Below are positions 1 to 12,540 of a stretch of 64,000 nucleotides of DNA, one piece after another. Numbering within the stretch: the first letter of the stretch is position 1; every line of letters begins with the position of its first letter. The notes beneath the pieces were generated by a model that was given only the letters and a program-made list of their open reading frames with translations, did no database searches and was not told the DNA's origin. This stretch comes from Eledone cirrhosa. Taxonomy: Eukaryota. The translations under genes were made by a program, and so were the position numbers. The DNA lies in the NCBI GenBank assembly GCA_964016885.1, contig OZ024754.1, forward strand, positions 44,144,001-44,208,000, in the 5' to 3' direction.

Positions 1-575
1 GTCTGTGTGTACGTGTGTGTGTGTGTGTGTGTGCACACAAGCGTATGTGTTACAAAATATGCCCAAATATTTTGCTGGTATCAAGTCATTTATTATCCAA
101 CGTGCGTTTCATTAACAGGTAAAAAAACGAAAAAACTTCAGTTTTATCAATATTTTTTACATATCGATTGATCGACGGATGACATTCAATCTGATCAAGG
201 ACGAAAGATGAATGAAATTGTCCCATAGAATCGAGAATAAAAGAATAAAAAAGGTGCAACCCTTTGGAGATATAATCATATTATACCTGTTATGTGGTCC
301 GGCGAAATTGAGCCATTTAAGAAATGGCGTTGAATAGAACGCCAATCCTGAAAGGTTTCAATAAAACTAAAAAGGAGATAGTTTATATTGCTTATATATG
401 ATATAAATACCTAGAGTTATCTTTATGACATCATACCATCAGAAAACATTCATAATATTGACGTACTTTCCAATCACATTTAGAAAACAAATGAATGTTA
501 ACACGCACGAACACACAACGATACACAAACATACACAACCTTATATACATATATATATACACACACAAACACAAA

Positions 576-653
<78 letters not shown>

Positions 654-669
654 TACATATATATATATA

Positions 670-859
670 ATTGTTTCCACTTTTGGCACAAGGCCAGCAA
701 TTATCCCAGTACATTACTGGTACTTTATTCTATCGACCCCTGTAAGGATGAAAGGCAAAGTTAACCTCGGCGGGATTTGAACTCAGAACGCAAAGGGCCA
801 TAACTCTATGCTGCAAAGCATGGTGTCTGACGCTCTACCGATACTGCCAATCCACCGCC
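670..859 (-). mobile_element. Abundant SINE (central GCCTTTCATCCTTACGGGGTCGATAAAATAAAGTACC domain)
   Basis: tRNA-like head with GAGTTCAAATCC B box; roughly 20 full or partial copies in the window (e.g. 876, 3204, 4232, 6010, 6170, 39570, 39865, 45716, 54290, 60307). Confidence 0.85.
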
Positions 860-1223
860 CATATATGTATATAATGATTTCTACTATAGGCACAAGGCCA
901 ACACATTGGGGAGGAGGAAAGTCGATTAAAACGACCCCATTGCATTACTGGTACTTTATTTTATCGACCCCCGTAAGGATGAAAGGCAAAGCTAAAGGGA
1001 CTGAACTCTACGCTTATATATAATGTAGTCAAAAGGAGAAAGAGAGAGAGAGAATTAGTTAAATATATACATCTACATACATTTAAACATATACAAAGTT
1101 ACTATACACACTTAAACTAGGATATTTGAATAAATATAGGCAAAAATATATAACCTATATATAGAAATATATACACCTAATTAGTATATACATACATACA
1201 TACATACATACACACACACACAG

Positions 1224-1261
<38 letters not shown>

Positions 1262-1339
1262 GATCGTCAGGAATGAAATTTGTAGAAATTCACAGAAAAA
1301 ACCACCAAATTTTTACAAATTTCATACTTGATGACCCAA

Positions 1340-1422
<83 letters not shown>

Positions 1423-1432
1423 ACATATATAT

Positions 1433-1555
<123 letters not shown>

Positions 1556-1660
1556 GCACAGGAAAACAAACTGTGCAACTAATTAAGGTTTATGTACACG
1601 GAATATATTATAGAATTAATTATGTGCACATCAATAGCAATATGAGTAGGGGACGTTTGA

Positions 1661-1797
1661 TTAAAGTATACAATTGAACAGAATCTCAAATACAGACGAT
1701 GAAACAGATCGACACGTTACAGTGGTCAGAGCACATCCGCAGCTCATTTCCGGTATTGACGTAGTAATGGCGGACGGAGGCGAAAGTGGATATTCAA
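1661..1797 (-). CDS. Possible downstream/terminal exon of the receptor gene
   Basis: Strong polypyrimidine acceptor (ttcttgtttataacataactctcacAG); phase-1 reading [45 protein letters not shown] then stop; no recognisable domain. Confidence 0.25.
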
Positions 1798-1978
1798 CTG
1801 TGAGAGTTATGTTATAAACAAGAAGATAAGAGGATTGGAAGGAATATTTGCAGGTGAAAGATGAACGGGTTGAGGCATCAATATTAAGTTCCTATGTTGA
1901 AAGCTGGTGTTAAAGTTTATTTTATTGATGTGTTGCATGTCTTTCTATCTCTGCGGTAATACACATATTACCTTACAT

Positions 1979-2053
<75 letters not shown>

Positions 2054-2098
2054 CCTCTCTCTCTCTCTTCTGTATATATGTATATATGTATATATGTA

Positions 2099-2244
<146 letters not shown>

Positions 2245-2418
2245 GATATATATATATTTATTAAAATAACAGATTAAAGTTTAAGCAAAGAATCGCTGCT
2301 TTCACCCTTTAACGGGATGTAATATTAATAAATATTTGCTCTAGGGTTCTTATATATTTTATATATATTTATCCTTATCGAGCCCTCTTTGGAGTTTATT
2401 CTTCACATTTATTATTAT

Positions 2419-2482
<64 letters not shown>

Positions 2483-2512
2483 TTAATATAATATATATAT
2501 ATATATATACAT

Positions 2513-2563
<51 letters not shown>

Positions 2564-2578
2564 CATACATATATATAT

Positions 2579-2738
<160 letters not shown>

Positions 2739-2956
2739 TTAGTTAAGCTAAACAAGACCACAAATTTCACAAGGAAGACATTATTAAAAGAATGTCAACA
2801 TATTTAGTTTGATGCAAAGAATGTAGAGAATAATAATAATAATAATATTAATAATAATAATGCCCGTTTACAATTGTTTCGCTACTCCGTATAATATTTG
2901 GGACCCGAGGGTACAAGTACATTCACATATTTAACAATGAAACTGTGTATACTTAC

Positions 2957-3022
2957 ATAAATAAGCTGATATCATTGATGTGACACTTATCAGTATGCTG
3001 ACCACCAGCCAAATAGTAAACA
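2957..3022 (-). CDS. Exon encoding hydrophobic (transmembrane or GPI-signal) segment
   Basis: Acceptor gttgttttctAG, donor GTAAGT; 66 bp, phase 1-1; VFTIWLVVSILISVTSMISAYL is 22 uncharged residues in the phase set by the previous exon. Confidence 0.65.
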
Positions 3023-3898
3023 CTAGAAAACAACAGAAAGATATTGAATAAGTAGAAGAATGTATATCTATGACAGGCGGCGAATTGTCAGATCATGAGA
3101 ATGGTTTCTCTCAGATACTTCTGGAACAAAAGAATGCTTGGGTCATCTACCAAGTGGCGTTTAGAAGGCTGTTTGCTTGCAAACAGACCGAATATTAACA
3201 TAATTGGTACTTCATTTTATCGACCCCGTAAGGATGAAAGGCTAAGTTAACCTCCACGAGATTTGAACTCAGACTGTAAAGGGACGTAACTATGCTAGAA
3301 AGCATGACCCTCCAACCCTCTACCGATACTGACGATTCACCGAATATTAATATAATATCATGATATTATTATAATATTATGATATTAATATAATATTATT
3401 GTTATTCACGAAAACATTTAGGTTTCCAACATGTTAACAGCGAAAACCACTTCTCTTATATATATGTATATATATTCTGGTTGGTCACTGTCTCTTACTG
3501 ATATTTAATGAAATATGTATATTAAAGAATTTCCCGATTAAACGGCTGAGCTTGTTCAGTATAGGTTAACAATTAATTCTGCTAACTGCGGCTCTTTATC
3601 AGAGATCAGAGACAAGAAATACGATTATAGAATGATGAAAAGAAAAGTAAATATAACTAAAGAAGACAGAAAGAAAGACTGTTAACAACTACAAGGGTCG
3701 GCTGAGAAGTTCATAGGTTGGACATTCAATAGGGTGACCAAATGAGGTTTATTTTTTAACATATATCAATGGATATCATCTGAGGATACCGTTCTCATAA
3801 CAACAACAAATGCATTAAGGACTTGTCGATTGCATGGAGAACCGTGGAAATAAGTTTAATGATTAAACGATTTATGTAACCTCAGCATCTTATTTTGT

Positions 3899-3996
<98 letters not shown>

Positions 3997-4025
3997 CGAG
4001 AGAGAGATTTAAAGTTAAAACTTAC

Positions 4026-4079
4026 CCTTGTGACGAACAAAATTATCGAAACCATTCAATTCTGTGACGATAGAGGAGT
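4026..4079 (-). CDS. Short stalk exon after MAM2
   Basis: Acceptor tatctttgcAG, donor GTAAGT; 54 bp, phase 1-1; DSSIVTELNGFDNFVRHK, open in the expected frame. Confidence 0.7.
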
Positions 4080-4127
4080 CTGCAAAGATACAGGTAATTT
4101 GATATATAGTTTGTTTTTATCTTACAC

Positions 4128-4192
4128 ACACCTTCGGCGTTCGATCACACACCTTCGGCGTTCGATCACACACCTTCGGCGTTCGATCACAC
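4128..4192. repeat. 21-bp tandem repeat x3
   Basis: CACCTTCGGCGTTCGATCACA repeated. Confidence 0.9.
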
Positions 4193-4969
4193 ACTGTTTA
4201 TCACAAAACATTGTTTCTTATTGTTCATCAATAGGCGGTGAATTGGAAGAGTCTTTAGAACATCGGGACTAATACCTTGCTGTATTAGTTCCGGCTTCTA
4301 ATCCCGCCGAGGTCAACTGTGTCTTTTATCCTTTCGTGGTCGACAAAAAGTACCTGGTCTACTCAGTATGGAGATCGATTCTTTCACTCTATCTCTTCTA
4401 TTAAATCCTCTTTCTTACGACCGCTCTTCTTTTATGAAAGAAACCGGCTGTGCTCAGACCTGAAGTGGGGATGAGCTCTACCAGGTGTTAAATAACCAAG
4501 ATATTGCTTTCAGTAATAGAATAAATTCCAAAGACATCTCTTCTTTTCAGTATAAAAAGTCTAAAGTCTGTTTCAAGTCTAGAGGATCATCGGGGTGATT
4601 GCTTGTCTCGGTTTCTGTGGCATTAAAAGACTGAGAGTACAAGACTTCCCCTGGACAGGATACCAGTCCATCTTTAGCTATTGCTGGAACCCATTTTCAT
4701 CTGAGTATAATGGAGCCGCGTGAAATGAAGTGTTTTGCTCAAGAACACAACACACAACCCAGTCCAGAAATCGAACACAGGACATTACGATCATAAGTCC
4801 AACGCCCTTACCACTAAGCCACGTGCTTCTTTTCAGTAGCTATGAAATATTCAACTTACCCATCAGGCTGTTGTAACACACCATTGAGGAATTGTGGTAA
4901 AAGGTGGCATTTTTCTTGTATTTCGCTTCATTCATTGAACTTCCCTCAACAGATTTTAATAAGCCTGTC

Positions 4970-5030
<61 letters not shown>

Positions 5031-5211
5031 GTTTCTTTATTGGCCACAAGGGCTAACATGAAGAAAAACATTAGAGACGGCACAGAACGGTACAGGACGA
5101 TACAAAGTGAGGTTTGGCCGTGTAAAAAAGGTTATAACAAGAAGATAGAATTGTTGGAATTGAAACCAAATTAGAAACTGTTATGAAAGGATATTTCAGG
5201 TGTTATCTTAC

Positions 5212-5306
5212 CTTGAGAAAAACATTCTGGTGACATGCTGATGTCATCAATGGCAATATTACAGATCTTTCCAACTCCACAGATGGCGTTGATTTCAAGG
5301 GAATAG
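5212..5306 (-). CDS. ALK: Exon, MAM2 end
   Basis: Acceptor ccacactacAG, donor GTAAGA; 95 bp, phase 2 to 1; SYSLEINAICGVGKICNIAIDDISMSPECFSQ has the IAIDDI MAM terminus and an ALK-like SPECF. Confidence 0.92.
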
Positions 5307-5689
5307 CTGTAGTGTGGAAAGAGTCACCTGGATAATTAGTAGGCATTTTTGGCTATGGTAGCTATATAAATAATGTAGTGGCATGTAAAATGCAAGCATT
5401 TTATTTTTCAAATATGAGTAAATAGTTTCGTAAAATAGTGTGTGGCCAGTTTTAGAGGTTGCTTCAGTTGCTTTGTTTCAAATGTTTGACTGTTTGAAAG
5501 TTAAGAAATCTATTTGAAGTCAAAGAATAGCTTCAAAAGATATCTTTACGATAAAGTGTGGTTAATTTAAAGGCAACATAATCGTAATTAAGTATTTATT
5601 AGTTTTTTTATGGACATTTATAAACCCCCAGTATATAACTGGGTAAAAAGTCTAGATTAGACAATTGAAATGAAAAGTAAATAACTTAC

Positions 5690-5865
5690 CTGTAGGTTAC
5701 ATTTATAACAACGACAGCTTTATTCCAGGTATTTTCACCACCTGGAGGTACACCACTGTTTATTTTCCACAAAGTTATACCACTCTGGTTAGTATCACAG
5801 ACATTGACTATCTTCAACAAAAGTCCAGCCACATGATAGCCGTGAAAATGGTAGAAGAATCGAAC
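5690..5865 (-). CDS. ALK: Exon, MAM2
   Basis: Acceptor attattAG, donor GTAAGT; 176 bp, phase 0 to 2; VRFFYHFHGYHVAGLLLKIVNVCDTNQSGITLWKINSGVPPGGENTWNKAVVVINVTY has the FxYHxxG, LW and W MAM motifs. Confidence 0.92.
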
Positions 5866-6422
5866 CTAATAATAATAATTGTATTTACTTTAGGCACAAG
5901 GCCAGCAATTACCCAGTACATTACTGGTACTTTAATAATAATATTAATAATAATGATAATAATAATAATAATAATAATAATAATAGTAATAATAGTAATA
6001 ATAATAATAATTTCTAGTATAGGCACAAGGCCAGAAATTTTTTGGGAGGGGGAAGTCGATTAAAGCGACCCCAGTGCATGACTGGTACTTTATTTTATCG
6101 ACCCCGTAAGGGTGAAAGGTAAAGTTAACCTCGGCGGGATTTGAAAAATGCCAATATCACAATAATACCGAGGACAGTAGATTGGCAGAATCGGTAGAGC
6201 GTCAGACACATGCATATAGTTAGGTTCTGAGTTCAAATTCCGGTTAGCTTAGCCTTTCCTCCTTACGGGATCGATAAAATAAAGTACCAGTAATGCACTG
6301 GTATCAATTTAATGGACTTTCCCCTTCCCCAAAATTATTGGCCTTGTGCCTAAATCAAAAACCAGTGACAACAACAACAAGATATGCTACAATCACAAGA
6401 AACTGTAAAGATGTTCTCTAAC

Positions 6423-6547
6423 CTTGCAACTGTTTAAATAAACTGATTGATTATTGGTTGTCTTTTGCGGCGGTGGAGGAAACACCACACTTTCCAAGAT
6501 GGCGCTAGATTGAGATATTGTATACATTTTGGTGTAGATATAATAAC
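6423..6547 (-). CDS. ALK: Exon, MAM2 middle
   Basis: Acceptor tttctatttctAG, donor GTTAGA; 125 bp, phase 1 to 0; GYYIYTKMYTISQSSAILESVVFPPPPQKTTNNQSVYLNSCK. The FxPPP...YxNSC insertion recalls invertebrate ALK MAM2 (from memory; needs BLAST). Confidence 0.9.
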
Positions 6548-6653
6548 CTAGAAATAGAAATTGAAGAACTTTAGGTTAATACGTCTATGTGGTCGTGAAA
6601 AGTTGTATATTAAACTTTAAAGAAGTCTTGTATATTTTTACTATTCCGCTTAA

Positions 6654-7206
6654 CCCTTTAGCACCCACGTTACTCTCTATATTTACTATTGTATTTTTAC
6701 AGTAAATGCTTTATCTCACATAATATCGATTCTATGAGATTTTGATATTTATTTTGAGAACAATACCTTAATGTCGGTATGAATGGCCGGTTACAACCGG
6801 TTTGAACGTTTGCTAAACCTTATCGATTCTACTCTAATAGACCTTTTCAGGGTAAACCACCACCTGTTGTTGACCATCACACCCGTCAACTCACGCTTAA
6901 CTAATTCGCTAATCCGGTCTCTGTAAGCTTTGCGCGCCGGGAACGACGTGTTCAGCTTCCAGTAGCCAGGCCCTTGCCTATGGAGTCTATCTAAGTCAAC
7001 TTCACAGATCAAAAATTTGTGGTCCGTGTAGTCGATTACTTTAAATTGTAGACAACCTACACTAACCTTATCTGTTTCTATGAGATTTTGATATTTATTT
7101 TGAGAACAATACCTTAACGTCAGTATGAGTGACAAGTTACAACCGGTTTCAACAGAAAAAGTTGAGAGAATTCTGGCCGGATGGGGCCGGTTTAAATGCT
7201 AAAGGG
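6654..7206. mobile_element. piggyBac-type MITE with internal LINE fragment
   Basis: TTAA on both sides; TIRs CCCTTTAGCA/TGCTAAAGGG; contains L1/Tx1 ORF2 piece 6804-7075. Confidence 0.88.
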
Positions 7207-7324
7207 TTAAAGAAAATATTTGCAAAATTGTGTGTGCTAGGTGGTCACCTCCTTTGATTAAAAAACACACAGCCCACTGCATCAATGAATAGAGACACAA
7301 AATCGAATTTATAATTTAAGAAGA

Positions 7325-7660
7325 GAAGAGAATTGGGAGATCAGAGCTCCGATATTATGGACATGTGGTTAGAATGTCTCCGGAAAGAATCGCTGGACAG
7401 ATTTTACGGGCAAAAGCAGCCAGTAGGAGACCCAAGGTAGACTCCGAGCTTGGCTGATCTTGGTTGGGGAACCAGCCAAATATATTGGAGATAGTTGCTT
7501 CTGACGGGATCCGTTGGAAAGACTGTCTGAAGAATCTTCTCCACTCTCGGGAATAAGTGGGAGAAGAAGAAGAAGAAGAAGAAGAAGAAGAAGAAGAAGA
7601 AGAAGAAGAAGAAGAAGAAGAAGAAGAAGAAGAAGAAGAAGAAGAAGAAGAAGAAGAAGA
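7325..7660 (+). mobile_element. RTE-like LINE 3' end with (GAA)n tail
   Basis: LRYYGHVVRM-like coding remnant, then GGGAATAAGTGG followed by (GAA)n; similar ends at ~17565-17847 and body at ~42090-42590. Confidence 0.65.
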
Positions 7661-7779
7661 GAATTAATAATAGTAATTAATTATTATGTATGCATCATTC
7701 AACAACAGGTATATTTGATATTTATCTCAGAGTAGTATGTATGTATGTATGTATGTATGTATGTATGTATGTATGTATG

Positions 7780-7811
<32 letters not shown>

Positions 7812-7868
7812 CAGAAAGTGCTCCCCAGTTTGTAGTCTCCCCGGTCTCAGCACCAGAAACCACACACA

Positions 7869-7957
<89 letters not shown>

Positions 7958-8265
7958 GGATAACAAATTATCGTACGGCGTTGTTTGACTCAACAAGAGG
8001 TTTCCTTAGTTAGGTGGCGAGTTCCCGAAATTCCTATGCAGGTTAATCTTGGAATAATAATAGTGAAAGAGTTATTCCGATGATTTGATGAGGCATACAT
8101 GTATTTAAGATTGAGTGACACAACTTCAAGTGATTAGCAATCTTTTGACACCCTAATCAATGAAACAATTGTTAATACTGTAAATAAAACCCTTTTTGTA
8201 CTGTTGACCATGTTATTCTTCACTCTTTCACTATATATATATATATATATATGCGTGTGTGTGTG

Positions 8266-8321
<56 letters not shown>

Positions 8322-8570
8322 TGTATATGTGAATTAATAGACCTGTACTGGGCAGCTTTCTATGAACCAGAAAATTCCACTTTACAGATAAATTGTCTCT
8401 ATAAGCTGCAAGCGGAGAATCGCGCAATTTCATGTCTTCATCTGTTCTTCTTCAGAATACACAGCTTCATCTGTTATCTTGTGTAAACTCTATCTCTAGA
8501 TGGTGTTTCAACTGCTTCAATGATATCCGTTCATACGACTACACAGACACACATAAATACATACACACAG

Positions 8571-8664
<94 letters not shown>

Positions 8665-8677
8665 CGTGTAGAAGTAA

Positions 8678-8811
<134 letters not shown>

Positions 8812-8836
8812 TGAGTGTGTATATATGTATATATAT

Positions 8837-8892
<56 letters not shown>

Positions 8893-9113
8893 CGTTTCTG
8901 AATTTGTTTAGCAAGATTCTTTATCTGAAATCGTGTGTTGAAACCGATATTGTTATACTTTGGGAGGGTCATGTTGCCAATAAGAAACACACGCACCAGT
9001 TGCTTTCACTTCAATTTAATTTAATATATATTTATAAATTTATAAATTTACAAATTTATAAATTTCTGGTTGGTTGGTTGGTTCCACAACCAGATAGTTG
9101 TTTATATATATAT

Positions 9114-9158
9114 AGTCATAGTTCTTTCGTCACACACTCTGTGACCTCTTCAGTGACT
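9114..9158 (-). ncRNA. Minimal type I hammerhead ribozyme motif (family A, mirror copy)
   Basis: Reverse complement of 9268-9312. Confidence 0.8.
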
Positions 9159-9267
9159 GGGGATTTCTTTCTTCGTCTCTGTGCCTTTCCTTTCTTCTAT
9201 CCTACGCCAAACAAAATGGCGTAGGATAGAAGAAAGGAAAGGCACAGAGACGAAGAAAGAAATCCCC

Positions 9268-9312
9268 AGTCACTGAAGAGGTCACAGAGTGTGTGACGAA
9301 AGAACTATGACT
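9268..9312 (+). ncRNA. Minimal type I hammerhead ribozyme motif (family A)
   Basis: AGTCA-CTGAAGA-G-GTCAC(AGAGTGT)GTGAC-GAAA-GAAC-TA-TGACT; stems I and II pair perfectly; one extra G after A9. Confidence 0.8.
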
Positions 9313-9471
9313 ATATATATATAAACAACTATCTGGTTGTGGAACCAACCAACCAACCAGAAATTTATAAATTTGTAAATTTATAAATTTATAAATATAT
9401 ATTAAATTAAATTGAAGTGAAAGCAACTGGTGCGTGTGTTTCTTATTGGCAACATGACCCTCCCAAAGTAT

Positions 9472-9549
<78 letters not shown>

Positions 9550-9551
<2 letters not shown>

Positions 9552-11021
9552 TAGTCTTAGTTTTAGTTCCTCCAGTCCCCTGTGGAACATTGGGCGACGA
9601 GCTTCCTCCACTGGCGGCCCTTCTACCACCTCTCCAGGTATTTCCCATCCCACATGTCCTCCCTGAATGTGCTCCGCCATGTTTTTCGTGGTCTTCCCCG
9701 TTCTCTCCTGCCACCTTCTGGTACCCAATTCATGGCAATATGAGCAGGTCGATCTGCCGGCAAACGAAGGATGTGGCCGGCGAACCGCCGTCTCCTTTTC
9801 CGGACAATGTCCCTTAACCTCTCCAATCCTGACCTCCTCATCACTTCCTCGTTGCTAACTTGGTCTCTCCATGAAATTTTCAATATGGTCCGAATGCAAC
9901 GACGGTGGAATACATCAAGCTTGTTACATACACTTTCCGTACTCTTCCATGTCTCACAGGCATATATCGCTGTTGGTACTACAATGGACATGTAAACACG
10001 GAATTTGACGGCGTTGCCGATGGAACACCTGGACCATACCGGACGGAGTCGCTGGAAGACCGCCGCTGCTTTTCCCAGCCTTGTGCGCACATCCACCTCA
10101 GCATCCCCATCGTCAGAGATGTTGCTGCCAAGGTATTGGAAGTGGTTTACACATTCAATGTTACGCTGACCAACCATCAATCTCATTCCTGGTGTTGCCA
10201 TCAGGGGAAGTCCATGTCATCTTGTGAATCCGCCTATGGGTGAAGAATGTATTCCCGATGGAGTGGTTGCTGATACTGCTCAGGGACAGCAACAGTTCCC
10301 CGTTGTTATTGGTGGAATCAGCTGAACTGTGGGGGCCAATGGCTGAATACATTTCTCTCCTGTCTCCATCTAGCTTGGCATTGAAGTCACCAATCACCAG
10401 CCTAATGTCTGACCTGGGTGTTTCCTCTAGGACATCTTGTAGTTGGATAAAGAAGGTATCCTTATCTTCATCTGAGGCAGCTTCAGTCGGGGCGTAGACT
10501 TGCACTACGGTCACTTTAGCTAACCTTGTGCTCAATCTGGCAGTAATAATTCATTCACTCACTGGCCTCCATCCCACAAGAGCCCGTGATACATCTCCGG
10601 TGAGGATGATACCAAATCCGTGGACATGGTGGTCATCATCACCGGAGTAGAGAATAGTCATGTCTCCGCTGTCGAGTTGTCCCCGTCCTGTCCACCTCGT
10701 CTCGCTGATGTCCATGATGTCAAGGCGATATTCTCTCATCTCTTTCAGCACCTGCTTCATCCGCCCGTCCCGAAAGAGCGTGCGGACATTCCAGGTGCCT
10801 ACTCTTGTGTTTGATTTGGCGTTGAAGATAGGACTTGACCCGGCCCCATCATAGGTGCATCCAGGGATGACGTGTCTTCTCTTTTCCGCCGCTGGGTATC
10901 AAAATAGTTTTTTCTCGTCGTTTCTGTAGCGGTGAAAAGTTTTTACGAGGATAGGGCTACTAACCCCCACGCCTCAACCCTTCTCCTTTCTCAACTGGGC
11001 TTGGGACCGGCTAAGGCGGAG
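9550..11021 (-). mobile_element. Internally deleted RTE-clade LINE inserted in (TA)n
   Basis: 5' motif GGTCCCAAGCCC..GGGTTG..GTAAAAA; APE remnants (GTWNVRT, SETRW, VYAPT, GDFNAK) with an in-frame stop at 10551; joined near 10175 to RT C-terminus (FQYLGS, YACETW, GRPRKTW); CTAAGA-type tail. Confidence 0.92.
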
Positions 11022-11057
<36 letters not shown>

Positions 11058-11059
11058 GG

Positions 11060-11092
<33 letters not shown>

Positions 11093-11306
11093 ATATATAT
11101 GTATATATATAACCCTTACCCCTATTCATAGATATGGCTTTCAAAATGTTTATTTATAAACATACTGTTGTCTTTAGATATACGAAATATTTTGTTTCCA
11201 AAGAGAGTAAGAATCAACCCCAATACCGCACTGGTACTTTATTTATCGATCGCGAAAGTATGAAAGACAAAATTGTCCTCGGAAGTAATACCGAGACATG
11301 TTTTAA

Positions 11307-11521
11307 CCCTTTAGCATTCAAACCAGCCATATCCAGCCAGAATTCTCTTACCTCTTTCTGTTGAAACTGGCCATAACTGGCCGCTCATACTGATGTTAAG
11401 ATATTTTTATCAAAATATATAATATCAAAATCTCATAGATTCGATATTATGAGGTATGTGAGGTAAAGCTTTTACTGTGAAAATACAATAGTATATATAG
11501 AGTAATGTAAATACTAAAGGG
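11307..11521. mobile_element. piggyBac-type MITE
   Basis: TTAA-CCCTTTAG ... CTAAAGGG-TTAA; reverse orientation relative to the 6654 copy. Confidence 0.88.
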
Positions 11522-11851
11522 TTAACCTGACGACATAGCAACTCTGCTACTTCGCCCCCAAATACCATAACAGGTCGATAAATCTTAAACTAATATGCGA
11601 TAATATTGGGTTTAGTGATGGGTCCTACGGGTAATCTGAATATATTTTTTAATGAAAACATATAATTACGGTTGTGGCTAGATCTAATAATTAGTTCTCG
11701 GAAGACTAGAATTATTAATTTTTTTATTTATTTATTTATCTACTTATCTATCTATCTGTCTGTCTGTCTCTCTCCCCTTCTTTTTCTCTCACTATCTCTC
11801 TCTCACTCTCCCCCCCCCTCTCTCTATATCCATCCATCCATCCATCCATCC

Positions 11852-11933
<82 letters not shown>

Positions 11934-12424
11934 TTACGTAGAAGAAGTTAATAGATATATTATATTTTCTGGCTTTATCTGGATAAAAGTGTGAGATTTT
12001 CACTGTATTTTCCTCAATAGTATTTCATTTAACACAGAGTTAATTATTTGACCAGAAAATAAAAATGCTTAAAGCTACGTATGTTATCACACGAGCATTA
12101 GAGTAGATGAGATTATAAATATGCTCTACATTTCTATACTTTTTCATAAGTAATACAAATACTTGTTTTCTTGTAAGAGAATATAAAGATAAAACGTCTT
12201 GGTACGGTTACAGAGCCTGTAGCCATATAGATGGAAACTAAGTAAATGTATGGCTCAATGATACTAAAGCTTTTAAAACACTGTAGATTGTGTTGAAATA
12301 CAAAATAACCCTCACCTATGTCTCTCTCTTTCTCTCTCTTCCTCTCTCTCTCTCTCTTTCTCTATATATATATATATATACACCCCCCCACACATAAATA
12401 TATATATATACACACACACACACA

Positions 12425-12540
<116 letters not shown>

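Larger units (their letters stand above)
8891..9479. mobile_element. Penelope-pLTR-like non-autonomous element folded into a ~263-bp-arm palindrome
   Basis: Arms 8947-9209 and 9217-9479 around a 7-nt loop; hammerhead in each arm; (TA)n on both sides; related single copies at ~35000-35300 and ~21980-22185. Confidence 0.75.

Noticed and set aside
287-347. Candidate cytoplasmic exon (DWRSIQRHFLNGSISPDHIT)
   Set aside because: AG/GT present, but it needs a weak upstream donor to be in frame and shows no kinase motif.
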